In this document: positions 48,601 through 61,400 of the stretch, piece by piece | Layout of the letters: each line of letters opens with the position of its first letter | How positions within the stretch are numbered: the stretch's first letter is position 1 | Source: Macrostomum lignano | Taxonomy: Eukaryota | NCBI GenBank assembly: GCA_002269645.1 | Contig: NIVC01000467.1 | Coordinates: 362,232-426,231, forward strand | DNA: 64,000 nucleotides | Direction of reading: 5' to 3' | The notes under the pieces: model-generated | Told to the model about the DNA's origin: nothing | The model's input: only the letters and a program-made list of their open reading frames with translations | Databases searched by the model: none | Program-made: the position numbers and the translations under genes

Positions 48601-51600
48601 CTAGAATCGTCGCACAGCAATAACTGAGCCAACAAAGGATGGAAATGCAGGCTAACAGCCGGGGACTGCACAGTTCGGGTGCTTCGCAAAGCGAATTGTA
48701 CTGAGCGACCGCCGCTACCAGCGGTTGCCAAGGCGACAGCGTCCTGAGCGGCCAGCCGATGCAGACTATGCAATAGCAGGCAGCTGAGCTCGCGGCTTTG
48801 AAAATTAGCAGACAAAGGATCGGATTCCGTTGACAAGTCAGCTTGAGCTTGAGAAGCCATCGGCCTAGCAAATTGTGCGCAACAATATTCGAATAGTTTA
48901 GTTGTCAAGGGCTCGTTCGATACAACTGACGCAGCCGCGGCGCTTCTTGAACTCCAGTCGGCAGTTGAATAACTTGTCGTCGCCTCGTTAGCGGCCCCGG
49001 CGCTGTCGCTTTGACGACGAACTAAACCGACTAGGCCAGAGCGTCGATTGCCGCCGGTTGCCCCTGGCGACGGGGAGCGTCGTCGACTGTCTAAATTATC
49101 CATCATGCCCAGTAGTATCCGGGTAGCAAACCGATTAGTAGAAATTGCTCCGGTTAGCGGAGTTGGCGGACTCCTACTGCTCAAATGATGATGATGCTGA
49201 TGATGCTGCAGGCCTAGATGTCGCTGTAATTTAGGACTGCCAGGCACGCTGCCAGAGGTGGAATCCTCTGCTGGCCGACTCGAACTCAATACTGCTGCAG
49301 AGGATACTCTAGGAAATGTGCCATTGTTTGACAGTTTGGCATGAGTCTGCTGTTGCTGCTGCTGCTGCTGGCTCTGCTGCTGCTGTCCAGGCTTGGCGTA
49401 TTGCTCCAGAATGCGTTGATCTTTGCGCAGTTTTTCAGATACACGAGAATAGACACTCTGGACTAGAGTGCCGGCCATCGACTGTACCTGTACATTGTTT
49501 CATTCATATGGGTTGACTTTTTTATAGTTTAAGAACTAGGTACGAGTATAAGCATTATCTATAGGTAAACAGCGTGTATCCAATGTAAACAGACTGTATC
49601 TATGGGTAAACAGTGTGTATCCAATGTAAACAGACCGTATCTATGGGTAAACAGTGTGTATCCAATGTAAACAGTCTGTATCTATGGGTAAACAGCGTTT
49701 ATCCAATGTAAACAGACTGTATCTATGGGTAAACAGTGTGTATTCAATGTAAACAGAATGTATCTATGGGTTAACAGTGTGTATCCAATGTAAACAGTCT
49801 GTATCTATGGGTAAACAGTGTGTATTCAATGTAAACAGAATGTATCTATGGGTTAACAGTGTGTATTCAATGTAAACAGAATGTATCTATGGGTAAACAG
49901 TGTGTATTCAATGTAAACAGAATGTATCTATGGGTTAACAGTGTGTATTCAATGTAAACAGTCTGTATCTATGGGTAAAAAGTGTGTATCCAATGTAAAC
50001 AGTGTGTATCTAATGTAAACAGACCGCTGTATCTATGGGTTAACAGCGTGTATCCAATGTAAACAGATTGTATCTATGGGTAAACAGTGTGTATCCAATG
50101 TAAACAGACCGCTGTATCTATGGGTAAACAGTGTGTATCCAATGTAAACAGTCCGTATCTATAGGTAAACAGTCTGTATCTACAGGTAAACAGTCTGTAT
50201 CTATAGGTAAACAGTCCGTATCTATAGGTAAACAGTCCGTATCTATAGGTAAACAGTCCGTATCTATAGGTAAACAGTCCGTATCTATAGGTAGACAGGC
50301 CGTATCCAATGTAAACAAGCCGTATCTACGGGTAAAAGTCCGTATCTACGGGTAAACAGACTCGCATCCAACATAAACAGCCCGTATCCAATGTAAACAG
50401 CCAGTTGCTAAGCACCCAAGCTACAAACCTGCGGCGCCGGGTCCCGATGCAGGAAGCAGAGAGATCGCCAGACCTGCTGATAGACGTTGCCAGATTTGAG
50501 CAGGCCGGCAAACGGTTGAGCAGTGGTTGGGCGTTTCAACCTGCGCCACCGCTCCGTATCCTCAATCTGTTGGATAACCACTGCAATCATTTCGTTCTCG
50601 AATAGTCGGGTAAAAGCGGCCAAAGCGCAGACTAATTCGCAGCGAACCAAAGCCGAGCAATCTGACAGAGACCGCTGAAGCAGTCTGAGTACAATAGTCT
50701 GATCATTGCTACCGCTTAGATCCGAAGCGCGCAGACTCTGCTGTTCGGCGCTATTGCTGCCACTAGAAGCAGAAGACTGTTGTTGCGCAGAAGCATTAGC
50801 ACTGTTATTGACATTGTCCATATAAGCTGCTAAAGCGTGCACGCAAGCCGCTCGAACTTTCGGTTGTCGATCGTCTAGAAGAGGCTCGTAGCCGTAGGCG
50901 GCGCTGGACGAGTACAGAGCTTCGTAGGCCGAACTGCGGGCTCCGTGCGATCTGCCCGGCTCATAGTTGGCCCAGATCTTGGCTAGGCAGAACACTAGAA
51001 ACAGGCGATAGGTGACAGCCGGCAGGGCTTGGTCCAGCCGGACAGCTGGATCGTCAAGGTGCTCCAGTATAGTGCAGATCAGATTGCTGCGAATGCAGAT
51101 CTCCTTAGCTTCAACAGATCGATTCATTAATCTAGCTAGTACGAACGCGGCCATGCCTCTTATTGACAAAGATTTCGGCGTTGTTAAAGGAGCAGGATCT
51201 TGTAGTACGTTGATAAAATAGCGAATATTGTCCTCTTTGACTAGGTCAAGCACTAGATTAGTGGAATGCTCAACCGCTACTATCTTAGCCCAGATGAATA
51301 CTAGTTCCTCTTTCATATCTTTGCCTCCGTTCAGCAGCTTCAAGATGTAGGGAAAGGTGCCTACTGATAGGGTCTGATACACCGCATCGGGACCCAGATC
51401 CAGGTAGGAGCACAGAAGCTTCAGCGCTTTAGGCCTGTAGTACTGGGATAGCAGCACCTGCGATAGGGTTATAAAATAAAGCAGATCATGATTTCTTAGA
51501 AACAAACCAAAACTCTAAATCTAGTCAAACAGACTCTCAATCTAGCTAAACAAAGAAGTTTAATATAGCCAAATAAAGACTAGCAATCTAGCCAAACAAA

Positions 51601-54600
51601 GACAAAAATGTAGCCAAACAGACTAACAATCTAGCCAAACAAAGACTACTAATCTATCTAAACAAAGACTTTTTATATAGCCAAATTAGGACCACTAATC
51701 TATCCAAACAAAGACTCTTAATATAGCCAAACAAAGACTACCAATCTAGCCGAAACAAAGACTACTAAGATAGCCAAACAGAACCTATCAATGTACTCGA
51801 ACAAAGACTACTAATGTAGCTAAACAAACACTTTTAATACAGCCAAACAAAGACTATCGATCTGACTAAACAAAGAATTTTAATATAGCCAAACAAAGAT
51901 TAAAAATGTAGCCAAACAAAGATTAAAAATGTAGCCAAACAAAGACTACTAATCTAGCCAAACAGGAACTACCATCTACTCAAACAAAGACTACCAATAC
52001 AGCTTAACCAAAGTGATCAATCTAGCCAAACCAAGACTACCAATATAGATAAACCAAGACTATCATTCTATTGAGTTAAACAAAGGCTAAAAATCAATCT
52101 AACTCAGTTCCATATAAATACATACATCTATCTACATGAATGTACTAAACAATGCACAAACTAACCTGCAGCACAATGGGCAGATGCCAGGCGTCAGCTG
52201 GCGTCTTGCTGCCGGCAGATTTGAGCCAGACTTCAAAGCTAGCCAAATGATCGGCAAAAAACGAGCAAGTTTTGTAGGGCACCTGAAGCAGCGGGCCAGA
52301 CTCCGGATCTGGCATAGTCGATTGATGCAGATGCTGCTGATGATGATGATGATGATACTGGTGGTGATGGTGCTGCTGTTGTTGCTGCTGTTGCGCCTGA
52401 GCCTCGTGATTGCTAATCCATCGATGCACGTCCGGTAATTGGCGCATAAAATCGTCTACAACGTGATCCCAAGCCGACCACAGCGGATGCTTGTGCATGG
52501 GCGGCAGCAGCGGATGAGTCACTGGGGTGCAGCCGTAGCTGACGAGAACTCGTTCGGCTAGTAGGAAGTTGCGAAACAATGACGCCAATAGGGTGTCGTA
52601 ACGGAACAGCCGGTGGAACAGGTCTCTGTGCGGATGGATAGGGTAATTGTGAGTAAGAAGCGTTCATAAGACCCTTCGAGGGCCGATTTCTTATATAATT
52701 CAAAGCCGATTTTTTCCATATTTGAAGGCCGATTATGTCCAAATTTGAAGGCCGATTTCTTACATATTTGAAGGCTGATTTTCTTACATAATTGAAGATC
52801 GATTTTTACATAATTGAGGGCCGATTCAAAATAATTGAAGGCCGATTCTACATAATTAAAGGTCGGTTTTACATAATCGAGGGCTGATTTTTTACATAAT
52901 TTAAGGCCGATTTTTACACAATGGAAGGCCGACTTCTCACAAAATTGAAGGCCGATTTCTCACATAATTAAAGGCCGATTCTAAATAATTAAAGGCCAAT
53001 TTATTACATAATTGAAGACCGATTCTTACTTAAATGAGGGCCGATTTTTTTACCTAATTGAGAGCCGATTTTTCACATATTTAAAAGCTTATTTTTACAC
53101 AATAGAAGGCCGATTTCTTACATAATTGAATGCCAATTTCTTACATAATTGAATGCTAATTTCTTACATAATTGAATGCTAATTTCTTACATAATTGAAT
53201 GCCAATTTCTTACATAATTGAATGCCGATTTCTTACATAATTGAATGCCAATTTCTTACATAATTGAATGCTAATTTCTTACATAATTGAATGCTAATTT
53301 CTTACATAATTGAATGCCAATTTCTTACATAATTGAATGCTAATTTCTTACATAATTGAATGCTAATTTCTTACATAATTGAATGCCAATTTCATACATA
53401 ATTGAATGCCGATTTCTTACATAATTGAATGCCAATTTCATACATAATTGAATGTCAATTTCTTACATAATTGAATGCCAATTTCTTACATAATTGAATG
53501 CCGATTTCTTACATAATTGAATGCCGATTTCTTACATAATTGAATGCCGATTTCTTACATAATTGAATGCCGATTTCTTACATAATTGAATGCCGAGTTC
53601 TTACATAATTGAATGCCGATTTCTTACATAATGGAATGTCAATTTCTTACATAATTGAATGCCGATTTCTTACATAATTGAATGTCTATTTCTTACATAA
53701 TTGAAAGCTGATTTAAAAAAAGAAAATTGGTTTGTAACATTCCAACAGCCTCACCTAGGAATAGAATTATAAGCGATAGTATCCGTAACGGCAGTGAAAA
53801 TCCAATTCAATTCTCCCAGCATAGATTTTCGCTCAGACAACTTGCCGGGTATATTAGACAGCATAGCCAGAGTTAGATCTGGAGATAGCCTATTACTGTA
53901 GCGAATCCAGTACCAATGCAGAGCCGCCTTAATAGGCGTAGTCAGGCAGGCAGTAAACAAATCAGCAGGTAAGTCCGGATTCATTGGCAAAAATTCGTCA
54001 ACACCGCAAGAGCACAATAATATCGAATTTTCCATGCTAACTTCGCTACCAGTTGAATAGGCGCACGAACTGCCGCCGCTGGATTTCTGCTGCTGATATT
54101 GTTCAGATTGTTCCCAATCTTGGCGGCGTCGCTCGCAGAACGCTTCGTAGGATTTTAATACCTGCGTTTGGGGAGATTATTCGTATGAGGAACAGGTGAG
54201 ATTATTTTGATTTGCAAATGACAATATTAGCTTTATTACCCAGATGTACACGTGAGATAATTGGCTTTATTAGCCGGATGTACAAGTGAGATAATTAGCT
54301 TTATTACCCGGATGTACAAGCGAGATAATTAGCTTTATTACCCAGGTGTACAAGTGAGATAATTAGCTTTATTACCCTGATTTACAGGTGAGATAATTAG
54401 CTCTGCTATCCGGATGTACAGGTGAGATAATTAGTTTTAATCACCTGAATGTACAAGTGAGATAATTAGCTTTATTACCCGGATGTACAAGTGAGATAAT
54501 TAGCTTTATTATCCGGATGTACAAGTGAGATAATTAGCTTTATTACCCGGATGTACAAGTGAGATAATTAGCTTTATTACCGGATGTACAAGTGAGATAA

Positions 54601-56300
54601 TTAGCTTTATTACCCGGATGTACAAGTGAGATAATTAGCTTTATTACCCAGGTGTACAAGTGAGATAATTAGCTTTATTACCCTGATTTACAGGTGAGAT
54701 AATTAGCTCTGCTATCCGGATGTACAGGTGAGATAATTAGTTTTATTACCTGAATGTACAAGTGAGACAATTAACTTTATTACCCGGATGTACATATTTC
54801 AAAAAAGGTACACAGGAAGGTAAGCTAAACGCACCTGCCCTGCATTGTGACAGTCGATAACGTAGACGGAAGGCGAGCCAAGCCAGGACTGCAGGTCATA
54901 CAAGGACAACGGTATGTACTGGGTAAAGTTTCGATTAAATACCCAAGTCTCGCCATTCTTAGTAGGCCTGGGCACTCCGTGGCCATTGAAATGGAACAGT
55001 ATCCTGTCCTGTCTGGCGGTTCTACGCAAACTCAAACACTGCTTTTTCACTTCGTCGACAGTTGGATCGTTGCAAGTTTTATAACGAATTTTAGAATTCC
55101 ACCGTTTGTATTGATTAACTAATAAGGTGGAAATTTCTTCAACCGCTTTGTTAGGATTCTTGCCCGAAGGATCGTACCAACAGTGTTGAACAGCGCTTGG
55201 TACCGGCTTCTGCACGTCCGGGGGGTCCGTGTCAACGTTCAGGCACAGGACTAGCAGTACGTTGGTGATTCGAACCTGGGTCCAAATGTTTGCGACAATA
55301 GGGGAAATCAATAATATTAAGGGCCCCTGAAGATGACTCTTCCTAAATAGGGGTGTGAAGGCGATTCTTCTGGGGATTATGAAGGCGATTCCTCTGGGAT
55401 TATGAAGGCGATTCCTCTGGGGATTATGAAGGCGATTCCTCTGGGGATTATGAAGGCGATTCCTCTGGGGATTGTGAAGGCGATTCCTCTGGAGATTATG
55501 AAGGCGATTCCTCTGGGGATTGTGAAGGCGATTCCTCTGGGGTGAAGGCGATTCTTCTGGGGATTATGAAGGCGATTCTTCTGGGGATTGTGAAGGCGAT
55601 TCTTCCAGAGGGTGTGAAGATGATTCTTCTGGGGTGTGAAGATAATTCTTTTGAGGTATGAAGGCGATTCTTCTGGGGTGTGAAGATAATTCTTTTGAGG
55701 TGTGAAGGCGATTCTTCCAGAGGGTGTGAAGATGATTCTTCTGGGGTGTGAAGATAATTCTTTTGTGAAGGCGATTCTTCCAGAGGGTGTGAAGATGATT
55801 CTTCTGGTGTGAAGATAATTCTTTTGAGGTGTGAAGGCGATTCTTCCAGAGGGTGTGAAGATAATTCTTTTGAGGTGTGAAGGCGATTCTTCCAGAGGGT
55901 GTGAAGATAATTCTTCTGAGGTGTGAAGGCGATTCTTCCAGAGGGTGTGAAGATGATTCTTTCCAGAAGTTTTGAACGTGATTCCTGAGTAGAATATAGT
56001 CCAAATAATTTCCGACTGTGCTTAAGTTACAGATAATTATTATAAACGAGTCAGAAATGCCTCTAAGAAATTATCAATGTAGAAACAAACTAAAATTTCT
56101 TAAGAGTTGTAGACGCTAACCTTAGTCCCGTAACGCCAACTCTCCGCTATGCCTTCTACGCCGTTGGTTTCTTCGTGCAAATGGGGCGACGCAAAGGCTA
56201 AGGGAATATTCCACTCTGGCAGGCTGCGGGCCAAGCCAATGGGATAGCAGGCCAATTCCGCTTCGTCCACTCGTTTGGCGTCTTCTTCGTACAAGTGCAT
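45675..56300 (-). CDS. RPTOR: Regulatory-associated protein of mTOR (Raptor/KOG1), 8 exons: 56300-56121, 55275-54835, 54161-53755, 52625-52166, 51457-50429, 49487-48470, 47224-46640, 46117-45675
   Basis: All junctions are GT-AG and phase-compatible. RNC motifs WNIPLAF, LVLCLNV..DPPDV, LFHFNGHGVPRPT.NGE.WVFN.NFTQYIPLS.YDLQ.W.GSPS, LLPM.PDLPADLFT.CLTTPIK, GELNWIFTA.TDTIA, LPIVLQVLLSQ, ALSVG.FPY.LKLL, followed by HEAT and WD40 regions. Confidence 0.97.
46170..46639. repeat. 13-bp minisatellite filling RPTOR intron 7 (CTACTCTCCCTAC)
   Basis: Directly visible; starts at the splice donor. Confidence 0.95.
47245..48455. repeat. Adjacent 33-bp and 24-bp minisatellites filling RPTOR intron 6
   Basis: TTAGCCAATGACCAATGACCATTCTATTATAGA (~47245-47590), then ACAATGACCAATCTAATTAGCTCC (~47590-48455); both share the AATGACCAAT core. 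Confidence 0.95.
49555..50400. repeat. ~20/40-bp minisatellite in RPTOR intron 5 (TGTATCTATGGGTAAACAG / TGTATCCAATGTAAACAG)
   Basis: Directly visible. Confidence 0.95.
51520..52080. repeat. Degenerate ~22-bp repeat in RPTOR intron 4 (TAGCCAAACAAAGACTA core)
   Basis: Directly visible. Confidence 0.85.
52680..53710. repeat. 23-bp minisatellite in RPTOR intron 3 (TTCTTACATAATTGAATGCCGAT)
   Basis: Directly visible. Confidence 0.95.
54200..54795. repeat. 34-bp minisatellite in RPTOR intron 2 (GAGATAATTAGCTTTATTACCCGGATGTACAAGT)
   Basis: Directly visible. Confidence 0.95.
55350..55965. repeat. ~22-24-bp minisatellite in RPTOR intron 1 (GTGAAGGCGATTCTTCCAGAGGGT-like)
   Basis: Directly visible. 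Confidence 0.92.
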
Positions 56301-56459
56301 GCGGGTACTGCTCGGGGCGGGAAATGGGGATTAACTATTTGTGACGAGAATGTATTTAGACAGACCTATCACATATGACCCCAATTATTAAAATATGATG
56401 CCAACTCCCTAGAATCCCTGGCAAAGACCCAAAATCACTGGCTATGAATTAAAATACTT

Positions 56460-57348
56460 TGCTATGATCCAAACTAACTGGCTATGATCCAAACTAACTG
56501 GCTATGATGCAAACTAACTGACTATGATCCAAACTAACTGGCTATGATCCAAACTAACTGGCTATGATCTAAACTAACTGGCTATGATCCAAACTAACTG
56601 GCTATGATCCAAACTAACTGGCTATGATCCAAACTAACTGGCTATGATCCAAACTAACTGGCTATGATCCAAACTAACTGACTATGATCCAAACTAACTG
56701 GCTATGATCCAAACTAACTGGCTATGATCCAAACTAACTGGCTATGATCCAAACTAACTGGCTATGGTCCAAACTAACTGGCTATGATCCAAACTAACTG
56801 GCTATGATCCAAACTAACTGGCTATGATCCAAACTAACTGGCTATGATCCAAACTAACTGGCTATGATCCAAACTAACTGGCTATGATCCAAACTAACTA
56901 GCCATGATCCAAACTAACTGGCTATGATCCAAACTAACTGGCTATGATCCAAACTAACTGGCTATGATCCAAAGTAACTTGCTATGATCCAAACTAACTG
57001 GCTATGATCCAAACTAACTGGCTATGATCTAAACTAACTGGCTATGATCCAAACTAACTGGCTATGATCCAAACTAACTGAATATGATCCAAACTAACTG
57101 GCTATGGTCCAAACTAACTGGCTATGATCCAAACTAACTGGCTATGATCCAAACTAACTGGCTATGATCCAAACTAACTGGCTATGATCCAAACTAACTG
57201 GCTATGATCCAAACTAACTGGCTATGATCCAAACTAACTGGCTATGATCCAAACTAACTGGCTATGATCCAAACTAACTGGCTATGATCCAAACTAACTG
57301 GCTATGATCCAAACTAACTGGCTATGATCCAAACTAACTGGCTATGAA
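56460..57348. repeat. 20-bp minisatellite upstream of RPTOR (GCTATGATCCAAACTAACTG), ~44 copies
   Basis: Directly visible. Confidence 0.99.
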
Positions 57349-58171
57349 CCTAAATCAAATACTTTTGAAAGAATTTAACTTCGAAAAACAAGCCAACATA
57401 TCACGGAGAAAATACAATACAAAATATACAAAAAGTTCTTCGTTTTTCTTTACCTGAAGAAAAGGTGAAAAGGAAGTCAAGCAATAGGGTAGTGTAGGCA
57501 TTCAAAACAAAAAAAAACAAACAAACAAGTTAAACAAAGACGCACAGTCAAAACAAAAAGTTGTCAGTAAGCGTTATAAATAATAATAAAGACAAAAAAC
57601 AGGAACAGCAGTTACTGCGAGTCGAGCGGTGGCAAAATATTGAATCAAATACTACGAGTAGTTTACTGATTTTGACGAGCAGTGTCTTCAGGACCATCTG
57701 CTCATATCTATAAGCAATGCTTCAGGACCTTCTGCTCATAGCTATAAATGACGCTTAGGGATCAAGCAAATGGACACAGAATATGTTATGAAAAACAGGG
57801 GTTAGCAGTGTAGTGAATAGTGCAACTACAAAAATGGTGGATAAAGAAATAGGGTATTAAATAGAAAAGCATAGCGCATAGTTTCATAAAAAACAATCAA
57901 TAGAATCACGAAGTTAACAAATTAATTTTTAAAAAGATGTAAGCAAACAGAAGCTAATGGAAAAGATAGTGCAGTTCTAATGAAACCAAACCAATGAAAA
58001 AATACAATTAACAAAGATATTGTCCCGCGACGGTAGCAAAGTACTTTGTGCAAAATTGGCTACTGCAAGTAATACAAAAAAATCTTGTAAATATTTCATT
58101 TCATTTCGGTAAAAATTTTAAATAAAAAATAACACTGTACCAGAGCAAAAGAAAGAGAGCAATGAAACACA

Positions 58172-58373
58172 CATGCGCAACCCCTCTGATTTACACTGGC
58201 CGTGAGTCTCACTTATAAAAGAAGCAAACAAAAATTAACGTACTTAATAAAGGTAAACGGCAGGAATAACTACTACTGTAATTTGTAGGCTAAATGCCTC
58301 GTCGTCTAATTAGTGGGCATTTTTGCGACTTATCTTGGCTGGGCCCTCGCCAGCCGGCCGGGTGTTGCGCATG
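58172..58373. mobile_element. Small MITE-like element (TIR CATGCGCAAC, possible TA TSD) carrying a 28S-rRNA-like insert
   Basis: CATGCGCAAC at 58172 and GTTGCGCATG at 58364-58373. A second copy begins TA|CATGCGCAAC at 62763 and shares CTGA..TTAC.CTGGCC and the same insert. Confidence 0.55.
58252..58315 (+). other. Degenerate 28S (LSU) rRNA fragment, H69-H71 region, copy 1
   Basis: GGTAAACGGCAGGAATAACTACTAC-(15 nt)-AAATGCCTCGTCGTCTAATTAGTG aligns without gaps to the conserved eukaryotic LSU segment GGTAAACGGCGGGAGTAACTATGAC-TCTCTTAAGGTAGCC-AAATGCCTCGTCATCTAATTAGTG (recalled reference): 21/25, 6/15 and 23/24 matches. Confidence 0.85.
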
Positions 58374-58458
58374 TATGCGATGAAATGTCAATTGTAGTCC
58401 AGAATGTACTTTTCTAACGACCTTTAGTTTTATTAATTAATAATTTATTGATTGACAA

Positions 58459-61400
58459 CTAAGTGAGACGCAACTCAAAACAGCCGAGATGCGGCTCTTC
58501 AAATTGGATACACTTTTGCTGGAGAAAATTTCTAACAACAGGCCTCAATACTGGACCGCTATTAGAGTGCTTCCCGTGTCCAGTAATCACTTTAATAGTC
58601 TTTAATCCGCTGCTTGAACTACTATTCATAGTAGTCTTTAAAGCTTGTATAGCTTCGCTAGCGTTCATGCCGTGCAAATCCAACTGTTTCTCCCTGGACC
58701 CGAACAGTCGGATTCCGAGGTTATTGCCGCTGCTTCTAGTTGCCATGCCAACCAACTCAGCCCGTTCCTGTCGCTCCTGTTGAGCTAACGAGCCAGCCTG
58801 GCGCATATAATGGCCCTGAGCTCGTGGATCTTTAGCGTAGGCCGCCTTAGTTAAATAATCGCGTCTTTGAGCACGGTAATCAGCGCTAACTAGGTTCAAA
58901 TGATCGAATAGGCCTCCTAATTTAGTAGCTTCATCAGAAGACGTAGATGAGGAGGCTGCGGCTGCAATCGGTGATGGAGACTTCTTGAATACCGCGGAGC
59001 TAGCAGCAGCCGCGCCGTCAGGCTCTGTGGCCGGCTCAAGGCCGCACTCTAACAAAGTGGCAAAGGCGGCTTCATAGCTATTGCCACAGTCAGCTAGTAG
59101 AGAAGCGGCCGCGTCCTCAGATAGGCCTGGAAAAGCTCTAAACAGTCGGTCAAGATTAATCCGACTCGATAATGGATCGCTTGCTCTCCACCGGCTGTCT
59201 GATAGGGCTGGCGAAGAGTAAGACGATACGGGTTGGCGCTGCTGCTGCTGCTGCTGCGCAGACACGCCAATATGGTCAAGAAAGGCCAAATAAATCAGCG
59301 ACAAAACTTCATCTGGCGGAGTCCAATCGGCTAAGAAATCTTCGCCAACTTCAGATAATAAATTGCCAACAGTTGCATTGTTTTTGGAGTTCAATTTTTT
59401 ACCAAATCGTTCATGCAAAGCCATTAAGTTGGTCTTAGTAATAAATCCTGATAGTGCCTGCAAATGTTTTGTAGCGAAATATCCAGGTTTTTAAGCTGTC
59501 TCTAACAGCTGCTATTGACTCTCATTAGTGACCTTACCTGATGATAAGGGACAATAGCCACAAGTGAGTCACAGGTGACACAAGACACAACAGGCACAAA
59601 GCGCATTCACCAGGTAACACCAGACACAACAGTCACAAAGCACATTCATCGGGTGACTCCAGACACAACAGTCACAAAGCACCTTCACCAGGTGTTTCAA
59701 GACACAACACGTGACAACAGTCAAAGCGCATTCACCAGGTGACACCAGAGCTCAGACTAAACAGTCACAAAGCACATTCACAAACTTGGATACTTTTTGT
59801 TATTGCCGATCAGGTAGAAAATTGTTAGAGTTTTAATTAAAGCTTTTACCTGATCATCGCTATACATATCTTTAACCACCTCGGCAGCGACTGGACTTTT
59901 AGAAGCCCAATTAGCTACATACTTAGGACTTTCTTCGAGTCCTACAGAGAATTCCACACCAGATTGTTGCTGTTCCACAATTTCAGACACCAACAATGAC
60001 GGAGAGCATTCATTAGAGACTAAAAGCGGAGCCATGCCAGCACCATCATCTTCAACTGGTAGCTTAGCATCGCCTTTATAAGCCTCAGATAATTGATTCA
60101 ACTGTTCGATAGTGGCCGTCAAATCGTTCTCATTAGCTCGATACATTTCAATCAGCACTTCGGCATCAAAGTCGGGAAATATGCTAGCTAGATAAGCGGA
60201 ATTGTCGTCCTCTTCTATGGCTGCGACGCGATCCGCGACTAAACAGACCTGAGCGTCGGCAACGACCTCATTCGAGCACAATGATGAAGCAGCTAGATCA
60301 GCATCAACACCAACACTATTGCTTGGAGTCTGTTGAGGCCGAGTCTCGAACAGACTGCGCCATTCGTTGACGTGAGCAACGCTTCGAAGGCAATCGTTAA
60401 ATGATTGAACCATTTCAGGCTGACGATATTGATCCATTGGCTGGTGTCTTGCCTGCAGTGTTATTTTTTAATAGAAAATATCAGTAAATAACAAGAGCAA
60501 ACTTTTTTGATCTTCATGTTCAAATACCATCATTATATGCATGATCATGTCTTTGGTCATATGCATGATCATGTCTTTGATCATATGCATGATCATGTCC
60601 TTGATCATATGCATGATCATGTCTTTGATCATATGATATGCATGATCATGTCCTTGATCATATGCATGATCATGTCTTTGATCATATGCATGATCATGTC
60701 CTTGATCATATGCATGATCATGTCTTTGATCATATGCATGATCATGTCCTTGATCATATGCATGATCATGTCCTTGATCATATGCATGATCATGTCTTTG
60801 ATCATATGCATGATCATGTCCTTGATCATATGCATGATCATGTCTTTGATCATATGCATGATCATGTCCTTGATCATATGCATGATCATGTCTTTGATCA
60901 TATGCATGATCATGTCTTTGATCATATGCATGATTATGTCTTTGATCATATGCATGATCATGTCTTTGATCATATGCATGATTATGTCTTTGATCGTATG
61001 CATGATCATGTCTTTGATCATATGCATGATCATGTCTTTGATCATATGCATGATTATGTCTTTGATCATATGCATGATCATGTCTTTGATCATATGCATG
61101 ATCATGTCCTTGATCATATGCGTGCAATTAATATTCCTCTCCAACAAGGGGAACCCCAACTTTCTTATTTGCTAAAATTTGCCCGAATCATTAACATTGC
61201 CAAACGTATTAACTTTCTGATAAACAGGGCTAATAAAACTAATAGATATAAATAGCATAGCTTGAAATAAACCCTCTACCACACACAAACACATGGTGAC
61301 CCACCTGAGATCTAGTATGAACGCTGTTAACCTTTGGCAATTGTAAAACTTTCAGGCAATACACCGTATTACCATGGCGCGAATCGTTAACCAGCGCGTT

